A DNA stretch of 33,169 nt from Bryobacterales bacterium (GCA_038210135.1 JBBQWZ010000056.1:1-33169), one strand, 5' to 3'; shown: positions 21,962 through 30,670, counted from the stretch's first letter. Numbers and translations: made by a program. The notes: a model not told the origin generated them from the letters alone.

Positions 21962-22906
21962 CTATTTAGCCGGCAGGTCGAACCGCTGGCCGTCTTTAGC
22001 GACGACCACTTTGCCGGGAAAGATCGGTGCGATTCCGGCGCTAAAACGGGCAATATTCTGCGCGGTCGGCATTGGCACCATATGGGTGAGCACCAGCGTC
22101 TCCACCTTTGCCTGGGCCGCAACCCACGCCGCGTCTTCGGGGGATGCGTGATAGGTCAGCACGTCGCCGAACATTTTGGCGCGCCGCGTCTGCCCGTTAG
22201 CCTTTAACAGGACCACCACGGCGCTGACCAGGTCCTTCGCCATCACTTCATGGATCAGCAAGTCGGCTCCGGCGGCGTGACGCGCCAGATTTTCGGACTT
22301 CCCCGTGTCGCCGCTGATCACCACGACGCGGCCGGATTTCTCAACCCGGTATCCGAGCGCGGGAGTTACCGGCTGGTGGTCCACCAGGAATGCCTCCACC
22401 TTCCATCCGCCAGCATCGTAAATCACCAGACGCGCGTCCGGCTTCGGTTCCGCCGGATGGGCGACGACGCCCCAGGCTTTGGTGGGTAGCTGCGCTTCGC
22501 CATGATGATCCACGCGATAGCGCATGTCCGCCGCGTACATTTCGAGCAGACCCTGCTCGACCTTTTCGACACCTTTCGGTCCGTACAGATTCATCGGCGC
22601 GTCGCGCCCCGCGATCCAGGATTGCGTCATCACATCGCCCGCATCGCCGATGTGATCGGAATGCAGATGCGACAAAAACAAGCCGCGCAGTTTCGCCAGC
22701 GGCAGATTCAGCGTTTGCAACTTCCGCGACGATCCCGGACCGGCGTCGAAGATCATCATTTCCCCGTTCGCCACGATGGCGACGCAAGAAGAGACGCGGT
22801 CGGCGTCCGGAAGCGGAGAGCCGGTTCCGCACGTGATCACCTGGACCTGGGCGAGGCCGGCGGCCCTCCAAAGGAGAAAAGCAAGCGCAAGTCGCATGCG
22901 CCACAT
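21962..22906 (-). CDS. MBL-fold metallo-hydrolase (RNase Z/ElaC-like subfamily), exported
   Basis: Signal peptide. N-terminal VITCGTGSP motif. HxHxDH metal-binding motif (HLHSDHIGD). Confidence 0.8.
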   Translation of the reverse strand: MWRMRLALAFLLWRAAGLAQVQVITCGTGSPLPDADRVSSCVAIVANGEMMIFDAGPGSSRKLQTLNLPLAKLRGLFLSHLHSDHIGDAGDVMTQSWIAGRDAPMNLYGPKGVEKVEQGLLEMYAADMRYRVDHHGEAQLPTKAWGVVAHPAEPKPDARLVIYDAGGWKVEAFLVDHQPVTPALGYRVEKSGRVVVISGDTGKSENLARHAAGADLLIHEVMAKDLVSAVVVLLKANGQTRRAKMFGDVLTYHASPEDAAWVAAQAKVETLVLTHMVPMPTAQNIARFSAGIAPIFPGKVVVAKDGQRFDLPAK

Positions 22907-22972
22907 ACTAGCAGGGCCGGTCCGAGGGAGGTCTTTTCGCGGCCCATTTTTCAGCTATAGAATGTAAGCAGC

Positions 22973-23347
22973 ATGCGCGGGTCTTCTTTTTCACCACATC
23001 GCAACCTCAGCGATGAAGTGAATTCGAATATTGTCCAATCCGAGATCGAAGGCGGAGTCTACCTCAAAGACTTACCCGAGAAAGCCACGCTTGAAATCGA
23101 AACCGCAAACCGTTGGTACACCATCGTCCTGATTCAACAGGCGGAGGCCTTGATTTGCGGACATCCGGAATATTGCCCGCAGCCGGTGCGTGTGCAAATC
23201 AGCGGCTCCAACTGGGGCGGCTCGATGCTGAAAGCGGCGTATGTGGGCCGCGGAATGCATCTCGAATTCCGCCATCCGGATTTCGACGGCCCGATTATCA
23301 CGTCAAAGATCGTGGATATCCGCCTGCGCTCCGATCGCGCCGCGTAA
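22973..23347 (+). CDS. hypothetical protein (124 aa)
   Basis: ORF with coding-like GC3, divergent from the MBL gene. No recognisable domain. Confidence 0.4.
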   Translation: MRGSSFSPHRNLSDEVNSNIVQSEIEGGVYLKDLPEKATLEIETANRWYTIVLIQQAEALICGHPEYCPQPVRVQISGSNWGGSMLKAAYVGRGMHLEFRHPDFDGPIITSKIVDIRLRSDRAA

Positions 23348-23397
23348 GACGTGAGCGTTTCCCGATCCCGCCTGCGCCCTAATCATCGGGGCGCCTC

Positions 23398-24123
23398 ATG
23401 TACATCTTCGGAGTCATTCTGTTAGCGCTGGGCGCTTTTCTGCTGGTAGTCTTCAGTCCCTGGATTTATCTCGACACGCGCGGAGCCACCGGCTTGATGG
23501 ATTTCACCGAGCTGTTCTGGTACGCGCAGTGGACCGGATTTTGGCTTTCGCTTGGCGCGCTGCTGTGTTTCGACTTTTCTTTCTGGCGTGCGCCATTTGC
23601 CTTCACCCAACGAGCGGCGATCGCGCCGGGAATTGCCGCGGGGCTGGTCATCCTGTTTATCGCGTTCGCGATGCCGGAAGCGTCGAACCAGCGTGAATGG
23701 TACAAAGGAGCACTCGGTTTCCGGGTCTACCTGCGAACTAAAATCCGCCTCGCGGCGGATGCTCGCGGCCCCGAGGCACTGCCCTCGCGGTTCACTGGAA
23801 CTTGGAAGTCCGGCCGCGATCCGATCATTCAGATCGGCAGCGAGAGCGTCTCCATCCGGAACGGCGCTGCTCACATCGTGATCAGCGAGCAGACCTGCCC
23901 TCACCGGTTCCACCTCGAATACCGGTTGACGCCGCCGAGCGGGTTGTTCGAATATTTCCGCAATGCGACAGCCACGGAAGAGGATTTCCGCCGCTTGTCC
24001 AACCACGACTATCCGCTGCTGATTGCCGACTGCGGAATGGATTCCGTCGCTCTCGTTCTCTTGGAGCCGAAGAAACTCCTGGTCCTTTCGAGGAATGCCT
24101 CACCGCAAATTCTCCATCGATGA
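23398..24123 (+). CDS. hypothetical integral membrane protein (4 predicted TM helices plus soluble C-domain)
   Basis: Hydrophobic segments YIFGVILLALGAFLLVVF, FWYAQWTGFWLSLGALLCF, IAPGIAAGLVILFIAFAM. No recognisable domain. Confidence 0.55.
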   Translation: MYIFGVILLALGAFLLVVFSPWIYLDTRGATGLMDFTELFWYAQWTGFWLSLGALLCFDFSFWRAPFAFTQRAAIAPGIAAGLVILFIAFAMPEASNQREWYKGALGFRVYLRTKIRLAADARGPEALPSRFTGTWKSGRDPIIQIGSESVSIRNGAAHIVISEQTCPHRFHLEYRLTPPSGLFEYFRNATATEEDFRRLSNHDYPLLIADCGMDSVALVLLEPKKLLVLSRNASPQILHR

Positions 24124-25171
24124 ATGCGTTGCGGAACTCCTGTTTAAACTTCGCGGCGGCAAGGTTGTGATTTGTCGACCGCAAGCTTGCACCCGGCATT
24201 TCGGTGTACCCTCAGGGTTGCTGACTGTGCGCCTTCGTCCCTGGCAAGTTGCCGCCCTGATCATCGCTATTTTCGGACTGGGCCTCGGCGTCCTCTCCTG
24301 GTACCAGCGAACCTACCCGACCCGACCCGCCGAGTTGTTTGCCTGTCTTCCAACCGGCGATGCGACTCTCGTCTGGCTCGACATCGATCTGCTGCGCAAA
24401 GGCGGGATCCTCGAGATGCTCGACAGCTCGAAGTCCGCCCAGGAGCCCGAGTACATCCAGTTCGTCGAACAGACCGGCTTCGACTACAAGCGCGACCTGA
24501 AATCGATTGCCGCCGCGTTCACCAAGTCCGGCACCTATTACGCGATCCGCGGAACATTCAACTGGGCGAAAATGGCCGCCTACGCCACCTCGCACGGCGG
24601 CGCCTGCCATGACAAAATCTGCGACACGCCCGGCAGCACGCCGGAGCGGGTCCTCTCTTTCCGCCTTTTGAATTCCGGTCTGATGGCTCTCGCCGTCACC
24701 AAGGATCGCGGAGCCACCTCGCGCATCGAACTCCGCCGTCCGGCGGGCAACTTCCCGGCAATCGATCATCCGGTGTGGATGTCGGTCCCGGCCGCCACGC
24801 TGCGCGACGCCAAAGAACTTCCGGCGGGAACCAAATCCTTCGCCACGCTGTTGAGCAACGCGCAGAAGGTGGAGTTCTCCGCCGACGCGCTTCGGACCGT
24901 GCAGGGTGCGCGTCCGGCGGGCAGCCTCGAACTGACCGCCGACGTGACCTGCGCGAGTGCCGCCGAGGCCACGGCCCTTTCGAACGACCTCAACAAGACG
25001 ACGGATTTGTTGAGGAGGATGATGGAGCGCGACGGGCAGCGCCCCAGTGCGCGAGACTTAAGTGGAGTGCTGGTGGCCGGAACCTTTCGCAGCCAGGATC
25101 GTCGTGTATTGGGTAGTTGGCCAGTCGAACGGGTGTTCGTGGAATCGCTGGCCGGAGGAGATGCTCGTTGA
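24095..25171 (+). CDS. hypothetical membrane-anchored protein (single TM VAALIIAIFGLGLGVLSWY, large extracytoplasmic domain)
   Basis: The long ORF (track start 24023, a TTG) overlaps the preceding gene. The first ATG is at 24095 and a GTG lies at 24227 just before the TM segment, so the start is uncertain. Its 3' end overlaps the pfkB-like gene. Confidence 0.5.
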   Translation: MPHRKFSIDECVAELLFKLRGGKVVICRPQACTRHFGVPSGLLTVRLRPWQVAALIIAIFGLGLGVLSWYQRTYPTRPAELFACLPTGDATLVWLDIDLLRKGGILEMLDSSKSAQEPEYIQFVEQTGFDYKRDLKSIAAAFTKSGTYYAIRGTFNWAKMAAYATSHGGACHDKICDTPGSTPERVLSFRLLNSGLMALAVTKDRGATSRIELRRPAGNFPAIDHPVWMSVPAATLRDAKELPAGTKSFATLLSNAQKVEFSADALRTVQGARPAGSLELTADVTCASAAEATALSNDLNKTTDLLRRMMERDGQRPSARDLSGVLVAGTFRSQDRRVLGSWPVERVFVESLAGGDAR

Positions 25172-26118
25172 TATCCGCAGGCGGCGCCTTTCTTTGCGCC
25201 GGCAACATTGTTCAGGACATTCTGGTTCGTCCCGTCGAACGCGTGGCATTCGATGCGACCGCCTGGGTTGAGGCGATCGAGCTTCGCCTCGGCGGCAACG
25301 GGTCGAACACGTCCTACACGCTCGCCAGACTCGGCACGCCAACGCGCGCCCTGGGATTGGTTGGGCGGGACGACTTCGGCGACAAAGTGCTCGCGAAGAT
25401 GGGCGAAGCCGGGGTCGACTGCAGTGGCGTCCAGCGCGGATCCGCCGCGACCGCCTCGACCGTGGTGCTGGTGAAGTCCGATGGCACGCGCGGGTTTCTA
25501 CACTGTCCAGGCGCCAGCATGGACGCCTTCTCCGAACCGATCGATTTTTCGAATTCCGCTTCGCTGACCCATTTTCATTTGGCGAATTTGTTCTCGCTGC
25601 CGCACATGCGCCGGCTTGCCGCGGACAATCTTTATAAGGCGCGAGATGCCGGGCTGACCACTTCGATGGATACAGGCTGGGATTCGCGCGGCGAATGGAT
25701 CGGCGCGTTGAAGCCGTGTCTGCCGTATCTCGATCTACTGTTCGTCAACCAAGGCGAAGCCCGCTGGCTGACCGGCCACGAGGAGCCCCGCCGCGCCGCC
25801 CAGACATTCCGCGATGCCGGTGTTCCCGTTGTCGTGATCAAGCTCGGAGCCCGCGGCTGCTCGGTGTTCTCGGAAAACGGCGAATATTCCGCTGCTGGTT
25901 ATTCGGTTCCCGTCGTCGATACCACCGGTGCGGGCGATTGCTTCGCCGGAGGCTTCCTCGCGGCTCTCCATCGCGGGGCAACGCTGCCGGAAGCCGCCCG
26001 TTTCGCGAACGCCGTCGGCGCCCTCAGCGTCCAGAAGCTTGGAAGCGTCGAAGGTCTTCTGTCGTACGAAGAGACGATCCAATGGATGGCGGTTCCGGCC
26101 GGGGAAGCCGCTTCCTAG
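25117..26118 (+). CDS. PfkB-family carbohydrate/nucleoside kinase (ribokinase-like)
   Basis: N-terminal GGNGSNTSYTLARLG and C-terminal DTTGAGDCFAGGFLAAL signatures of the ribokinase/PfkB family. An alternative TTG start at 25168 would overlap the upstream stop (TTGA). Confidence 0.8.
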   Translation: MASRTGVRGIAGRRRCSLISAGGAFLCAGNIVQDILVRPVERVAFDATAWVEAIELRLGGNGSNTSYTLARLGTPTRALGLVGRDDFGDKVLAKMGEAGVDCSGVQRGSAATASTVVLVKSDGTRGFLHCPGASMDAFSEPIDFSNSASLTHFHLANLFSLPHMRRLAADNLYKARDAGLTTSMDTGWDSRGEWIGALKPCLPYLDLLFVNQGEARWLTGHEEPRRAAQTFRDAGVPVVVIKLGARGCSVFSENGEYSAAGYSVPVVDTTGAGDCFAGGFLAALHRGATLPEAARFANAVGALSVQKLGSVEGLLSYEETIQWMAVPAGEAAS

Positions 26119-26556
26119 CGCGCTTTTTTTCGCGCGGGCCGCGTCTCTTTACATCTTCTTTATACTGGCGTTCCCGATCTGCAAGGGAGCATTCTCGCGC
26201 CAAGAGGTTGCATCTACGGCGGAAACGGGGCGTTTCCGCGTGCCAGCCACTCAATTCTGCTAGGCCCCGAAAACCGAACCGTCCAATGCAAATTTGCGTC
26301 TGATCCCAATGGATTGAGGAACGCGCGAAGATCTCTGGGCGCTTTCAATATGAAGAACAACCTGCATCGAATGAACGCCACCGGCGGCCAACTCCGGCAC
26401 GCCGGCGGAACCGGACTCACGCCTCCGTAATCCATCCTTCCCCATCAGACTTAGGTCCGCAGGGTGTATGCTGTGCGCTGGACCTCGACCAATCTTTCTT
26501 AGCCGCGCTCGAACGGGTGCGCGAAGTCTTGTCTCCCCAGGAGGGAGCAAAATCGT

Positions 26557-28404
26557 ATGGATCTCAGTTTTCTGTGGCTCGTGATCGCCGGCTTGCTAGG
26601 GTTTGTGCTGTTCCTGTTTCTAGCCAAGACGGTCGTGTTTGGCATCGTTTCGATTCAGGAAAATCAAGTCGGCGTCATCATCAAGCGGTGGGCCTTGGGT
26701 GGAAAGAAGCTGCCCGAAGGACGCGTCGTCGCCCTGAATGGCGAACCTGGCTATCAGGCGAAGACCCTCGCGCCGGGAATCTATCTTTGGTTTTGGCCCT
26801 GGCAGTACAAAATCGAAAAGTATAAGCTCACGGTGATTCAGCCTGGAACCATTGGACTGGTCATCGCGAACGACGGCGACATGATGCCGATGGATCGCGT
26901 GCTCGGCCTTCCGGTGGATTGCGACAACTTCCAATCGGGCGAGAAATTCCTGGTGAACCACGGCCAGAAGGGACGCCAAAGCGCCATCCTGACCGCCGGT
27001 TTCTATCGCATCAATCCGGTGCTGTTCAGCATCCGCGCCGATGTACCGATGACCAAGATTGAATCGAACAAGATCGGTATTATTACGGTCCTCGATGGAG
27101 AAACGATGCCGCAAGGCCAGATGGCCGCGAAGGTGGTCGCCGGTCATGACGATTATCAGAATCCCGATGCCTTCATCAAATCCGGCGGCTGCCGCGGTCT
27201 GCAGGAACAGATCATTCTCGCCGGTAACTACAACTTGAATCCGTGGTTCGCGGAAGTGGAGGAAGCTGAGCTCGTCGAGGTTCCGATCGGCTATGTCGGT
27301 GTTGTCGTCAGCTTCGTAGGCGACGACATGAAAGACATCTCGGGCGAAATGTTTACGCACGGCAACATCGTCCGGAAAGGCGGCAAGGGCGTCTGGGATG
27401 AGCCGCTGTATCCAGGCAAACATCCGCTGAATACGCGAATCATGAAGGTCGAGCTGGTTCCGACCACCAACATCGTTCTCAACTGGGCTTCGTCCCGTAC
27501 GGAAGCGCACAAGCTCGACGAGAAGCTCTCGACGATTTCAGTGCGCTCGAAGGACGGCTTCACGTTTAACCTCGACGTCTCGCAGATCATTAACATTGGC
27601 GCGATCAAGGCGCCGTGGGTGATCTCGCGCGTGGGGTCGGTACGCAACCTGGTAAACCAGGTGCTCGAGCCGATCATCGGCAACTACTTCCGCAACAGCG
27701 CCCAGGGATTCTCGGTCCTCGACTTTCTGTCGAATCGCACCGAGCGCCAGAAAGAAGCACGCGACCATATCAACGCCGCCGTCCGTCAATACGACGTGCA
27801 GAGTGTGGACACGCTGATCGGCGATATCACTCCGCCGGCCGAGCTGATGGCGACCCTGACGGCGCGTAAGATCGCCGAAGAACAGCAGAAGACGTTCGGT
27901 ACGCAGGAGCAAACGGAGCGCACCCGCCAGGAGCTTGAGAAGCAGAAAGCGCTGGCGAACAAGCAAGCCGAGATCATGAACTCCGAACAGGACGTTCGTA
28001 TCGCCGAACAGCGCGCGAACGCCGCTGTCAAAACGGCGGAAGGCGAATCCGCGGCCTCGGCGAAACGCGCCGAGGGCGAAGCGATCGCCAAGCGCCGGAT
28101 CGGTGAAGCGGAAGCAAGCGTCGTCGCGATCAAAGGTAAGTCCGAGGGCGAGGCGATTCAGGCCATTGGAGAAGCGCGCGCCGAAGCCTATCGCCGCGGC
28201 GTCGAAGCCATGGGCGGCAACTACGCGCTGCTGCAAATCTTCCAGGCGCTGGCGGACAAGAACATCCGGCTGACTCCGGACGTGCTGGTGTCGGGCGGTG
28301 GAGCGAATGGCGGTTCCACGTCCGAGGCGCTGCTCGGATTGCTGCTCCGCGATCTGTCGGTGGCACGCTCCGTTCAGGTGCCGCCTCCGTTGCCGCCGAA
28401 GTAA
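26557..28404 (+). CDS. SPFH/Band-7 domain protein, flotillin-like (YqiK type)
   Basis: 615 aa. N-terminal TM helix. SPFH domain. Long C-terminal Ala/Glu-rich coiled-coil flotillin repeats (AEEQQKTFGTQEQTERTRQELEKQKALANKQAEI...). Confidence 0.85.
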   Translation: MDLSFLWLVIAGLLGFVLFLFLAKTVVFGIVSIQENQVGVIIKRWALGGKKLPEGRVVALNGEPGYQAKTLAPGIYLWFWPWQYKIEKYKLTVIQPGTIGLVIANDGDMMPMDRVLGLPVDCDNFQSGEKFLVNHGQKGRQSAILTAGFYRINPVLFSIRADVPMTKIESNKIGIITVLDGETMPQGQMAAKVVAGHDDYQNPDAFIKSGGCRGLQEQIILAGNYNLNPWFAEVEEAELVEVPIGYVGVVVSFVGDDMKDISGEMFTHGNIVRKGGKGVWDEPLYPGKHPLNTRIMKVELVPTTNIVLNWASSRTEAHKLDEKLSTISVRSKDGFTFNLDVSQIINIGAIKAPWVISRVGSVRNLVNQVLEPIIGNYFRNSAQGFSVLDFLSNRTERQKEARDHINAAVRQYDVQSVDTLIGDITPPAELMATLTARKIAEEQQKTFGTQEQTERTRQELEKQKALANKQAEIMNSEQDVRIAEQRANAAVKTAEGESAASAKRAEGEAIAKRRIGEAEASVVAIKGKSEGEAIQAIGEARAEAYRRGVEAMGGNYALLQIFQALADKNIRLTPDVLVSGGGANGGSTSEALLGLLLRDLSVARSVQVPPPLPPK

Positions 28405-28413
28405 TCGGTGGAG

Positions 28414-28740
28414 CTAGACAGGCGGGAGCTTCGGCTCCCGCCTTACTTTGAGCCGGTTCCGCCGATTCTCTTCCTGCCGTTCGTACACCGGCAGGATGCG
28501 CGTTTCGATCCACCCGAAACCCGCTTCGAGGCCGCCGGCCGTGTACGCCCGCCCGATCTCCGCCTCCACCTCGCTCGCTTCTCCAAACGCCGTCAGGAAC
28601 TGGTTCGACATCATGCGAGCCGACTTCTCGCCGTCGATCTCGCCACCCTCGCGCAGGATCTTCGACCGGACGTAGAGCGTTAGCACGGCGTCGCCGATCC
28701 AGGCTTCCTTCATGATTTGGTGGCGGCGATTTTGCTTCAT
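28414..28740 (-). CDS. mrnC: Mini-ribonuclease 3 (Mini-III/MrnC-like RNase III domain protein)
   Basis: AWIGDAVLTLYVRSKIL, KSARMMSNQFLTAF and YTAGGLEAGFGWIE align with B. subtilis MrnC motifs (AYIGDAIFEVYVRHHLL, KSSRIVSAKSQA, YSTAFEALLGYLFL). Confidence 0.65.
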   Translation of the reverse strand: MKQNRRHQIMKEAWIGDAVLTLYVRSKILREGGEIDGEKSARMMSNQFLTAFGEASEVEAEIGRAYTAGGLEAGFGWIETRILPVYERQEENRRNRLKVRREPKLPPV

Positions 28741-28770
28741 TGGCTTCCGCGTGAATCGCCCGTGGATGGA

Positions 28771-29175
28771 CTACAGCAGGGCCTTGATCGTCTTGCCAAT
28801 TTCGAGGAAACCCTGGAAACTATCCGGCTTCTTTAGATAGGCATTCGCGCCATATTCCTGCGCCAGGTCCCGGTCCCTCTTAGTGTCGGAACTGCTGATC
28901 ATGACCGTCTTGACGTGGCGGGCGGCGGGATGCTTTTGCGCGTACGCAAGTACCTCGTGCCCGTTGCGGCGCGGCAGGTTGAGGTCCAGCAGGATGATGG
29001 ACGGGGCGTTCTGATCGCTCAACGAATCGATGTAGTCGAACGCTTTTTCACCATCGGTGATAATCACGTAGTTGGCATTCAAACCCGTGGCACTCAAGCC
29101 CTCGCGGAGCAGCAGAACGTCGGCCGGGGTGTCTTCGATGATTACGATGGTCGCGGCGTCAGGCGTCGTCGACAC
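28771..29175 (-). CDS. single-domain response regulator (CheY-like receiver), orphan
   Basis: Receiver domain TIVIIEDTPADVLLL...ILLDLNLPRRNGHEVL...KTVMISSSD...AYLKKP with phospho-acceptor Asp in LLDLNLP. Start uncertain: GTG at 29175, or ATG at 29250 which would overlap the HK remnant. Confidence 0.65.
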   Translation of the reverse strand: MSTTPDAATIVIIEDTPADVLLLREGLSATGLNANYVIITDGEKAFDYIDSLSDQNAPSIILLDLNLPRRNGHEVLAYAQKHPAARHVKTVMISSSDTKRDRDLAQEYGANAYLKKPDSFQGFLEIGKTIKALL

Positions 29176-29179
29176 GCTC

Positions 29180-29494
29180 TCACTGGGGGAGGCTGAAACA
29201 GGAGCGGGATCCGCCGCCTTCTCGTTGTTCGACCCAGATACGCCCGCCATACCGCTCGACGATCTTCCGGCAGATCGCCAGTCCAATGCCCGTGCCTTCG
29301 TATTCCTGTGCCCGATGGAGGCGTTTGAAGATGACGAAAATCTGTTCGGCGTAGCGTGGGGCCACGCCAATTCCGTTATCCTCGATGGCGACGACGATCG
29401 ACTGCGCATCTTGCCGAGCCGATATGTTGATGTGCGGAACATCCTCGCTCCTGTATTGAATGGCGTTGCCAATGAGGTTCTGAAACAGTTGCTC
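29180..29494 (-). pseudogene. histidine kinase C-terminal remnant (HATPase_c domain only), interrupted by an in-frame TGA and lacking DHp/H-box and sensor regions
   Basis: Minus-strand translation gives EQLFQNLIGNAIQY (N-box), IEDNGIGV (G1), GTGIGLAI (G2) and ...CFSLPQ*. An in-frame TGA lies at 29495-29497. The upstream frame (...AIEYRDLPHLRVRELH) runs only about 65 codons to another stop (TGA at 29696-29698). No H-box in any frame between 29500 and the tRNA at 29800. Confidence 0.6.
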
Positions 29495-29799
29495 TCAGTG
29501 TAACTCGCGCACTCGGAGATGCGGCAGATCGCGATACTCGATCGCCGCGCTGTTTTCGGCGATCAGCCGCTGCCAGGGCGAGTTCCGGCTCTCCCGGCAA
29601 AGATATCGCGCTCGATCCGATGCGCTAACGAACGATGGCTTGCTGCGCCAAGGTGATGCAGACGGTCGATCCGAGACTTGAGTGAGACACGATTGTCACG
29701 GAAGTCGGTGACGAATCCATTTGAAAGGACTGTTCGCTTTACGCGGGCGGTGGGTGGAGAGGCTGGGACGACTATTGAGGAGGGGTAGAACCGAAAAGC

Positions 29800-29886
29800 T
29801 GGTGCGGATGAAAGGACTTGAACCTTCACTCCCTTGCGAGAACGTGGACCTGAACCACGCGCGTCTGCCAATTCCGCCACATCCGC
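29800..29886 (-). tRNA. tRNA-Leu (anticodon CAG), type II with long variable arm, CCA encoded
   Basis: Minus-strand sequence GCGGATG-TG-GCGGAATTGGCAGACGC-G-CGTGG-TTCAGGT-CCACG-TTCTCGCAAGGGAGT-GAAGGTTCAAGTCCTTT-CATCCGC-A-CCA. Acceptor stem GCGGATG/CATCCGC. Anticodon loop TTCAGGT. T-loop GGTTCAAGTCC. Confidence 0.85.
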
Positions 29887-29913
29887 ACGAATGGGCACTT
29901 GCAGTGCTTTTCT

Positions 29914-29943
29914 ATTGTCCGTTGACGGGGGCTTGGCTGTCAA
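29914..29943 (-). promoter_or_regulatory. candidate promoter of tRNA-Leu (-35 TTGACA, 18-bp spacer, -10 GACAAT) overlapping a 7-bp inverted repeat CGTTGAC-N12-GTCAACG
   Basis: Perfect -35 hexamer read on the minus strand, about 30 nt of leader before the mature tRNA 5' end. Confidence 0.35.
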
Positions 29944-29952
29944 CGTTTGGGT

Positions 29953-30372
29953 TCAGATCTTCTTGTTGCGGAGATCGAGGATGAGCTTCATGACCAGAGC
30001 TTCGATCTCGCGGGCGGCTCTCTCGTAGTCAGCGGCGGGCGAGCCCACGGGGTCCTTCACCTTCCATTCGAGCAAGACGCCGTCGCGCGTTGCGGGTACG
30101 TTGCGGATGGTGAGGGGCTGGCCGCTCAGGTTCACCACGATGTCGAAGCGTTCCGGATCGAGCGCGTCGAGTCCTTTCGCGAATTGATTTTCGAGGGAGA
30201 TATTGCGGGCGAGCATGGTTTCGCGCGTCAAGGGAGCGAGCATGTTGGTGGGAACCAGACCGGCGCTTTGCGCGATCAGGACGTCGGCTCCGTAGGCGCG
30301 GGCGAAGCCTTCCGCCATTTGGCTGCGGATGGCGTTGGCCCAGCAGACGAACAGGACTTTCTTGACGGCCAT
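29953..30372 (-). CDS. low-molecular-weight phosphotyrosine protein phosphatase family protein (ArsC-like fold but lacking the ArsC Cys82/Cys89 pair)
   Basis: P-loop VLFVCWANAIRSQMAEG (C-X5-R-S). Overall alignable to LMW-PTP/ArsC (B. subtilis ArsC CTGNSCRSQMAEG). Start taken at internal Met MAVKKV (30372). Confidence 0.75.
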   Translation of the reverse strand: MAVKKVLFVCWANAIRSQMAEGFARAYGADVLIAQSAGLVPTNMLAPLTRETMLARNISLENQFAKGLDALDPERFDIVVNLSGQPLTIRNVPATRDGVLLEWKVKDPVGSPAADYERAAREIEALVMKLILDLRNKKI

Positions 30373-30507
30373 GCTCTTTGAGTGTACTGCGTGGTTTTTG
30401 CGAAACGAAGCCAATTGCTGGGAAGCGGTCTGGTTTCAATGGATTGAGGATGCTGCGAAACGAAGCCAATCGGGTTTGGTTAGATGGCTCTCTGCGTTTG
30501 GGCTTGC

Positions 30508-30564
30508 TTCCGCTTCCGACGCGCTCCTATCGGAGCGCTTTGGGCGCGGCTCGGATTTGTGTGG
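30508..30564. repeat. 57-bp direct repeat, copy 1 (contains hairpin GCGCTCC-TATC-GGAGCGC)
   Basis: 54/57 identical to 30679..30735. Confidence 0.8.
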
Positions 30565-30636
30565 ACGCCCGCTCGGGACGGCGAGTGTCGTGGTTCTAGT
30601 TGGCTGGCTGCGGTTTCCTGCGGAAACGAGTCCCGT

Positions 30637-30670
30637 CGCTGACGCTCCGGGTTCAATCCGTACTTTGCCG
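30637..30670. repeat. 34-bp direct repeat, copy 1 (CGAGTCCCGTCGCTGACGCTCCGGGTTCAATCCG; T-loop-like GGGTTCAATCC)
   Basis: 34/34 identical to 30878..30911. Similarity extends about 10 bp upstream (GAAA.CGAG). Confidence 0.8.

Noticed and set aside
22907-22972. BlaI operator (TACA/TGTA type) near TATAGAATGTAAG between the MBL gene and the 124-aa gene
   Set aside because: Only one half-site-like TGTAA; no dyad partner. Likely coincidental.
27538-28236. 232-aa and 296-aa (26620..27510) minus-strand ORFs
   Set aside because: Antisense to the SPFH/flotillin gene.
30637-30670. tRNA pseudogene or fragment (because of GGGTTCAATCC T-loop-like motif)
   Set aside because: Flanking bases do not form a proper 5-bp T-stem or an acceptor stem. 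At most a tRNA-derived fragment; not callable as a tRNA.
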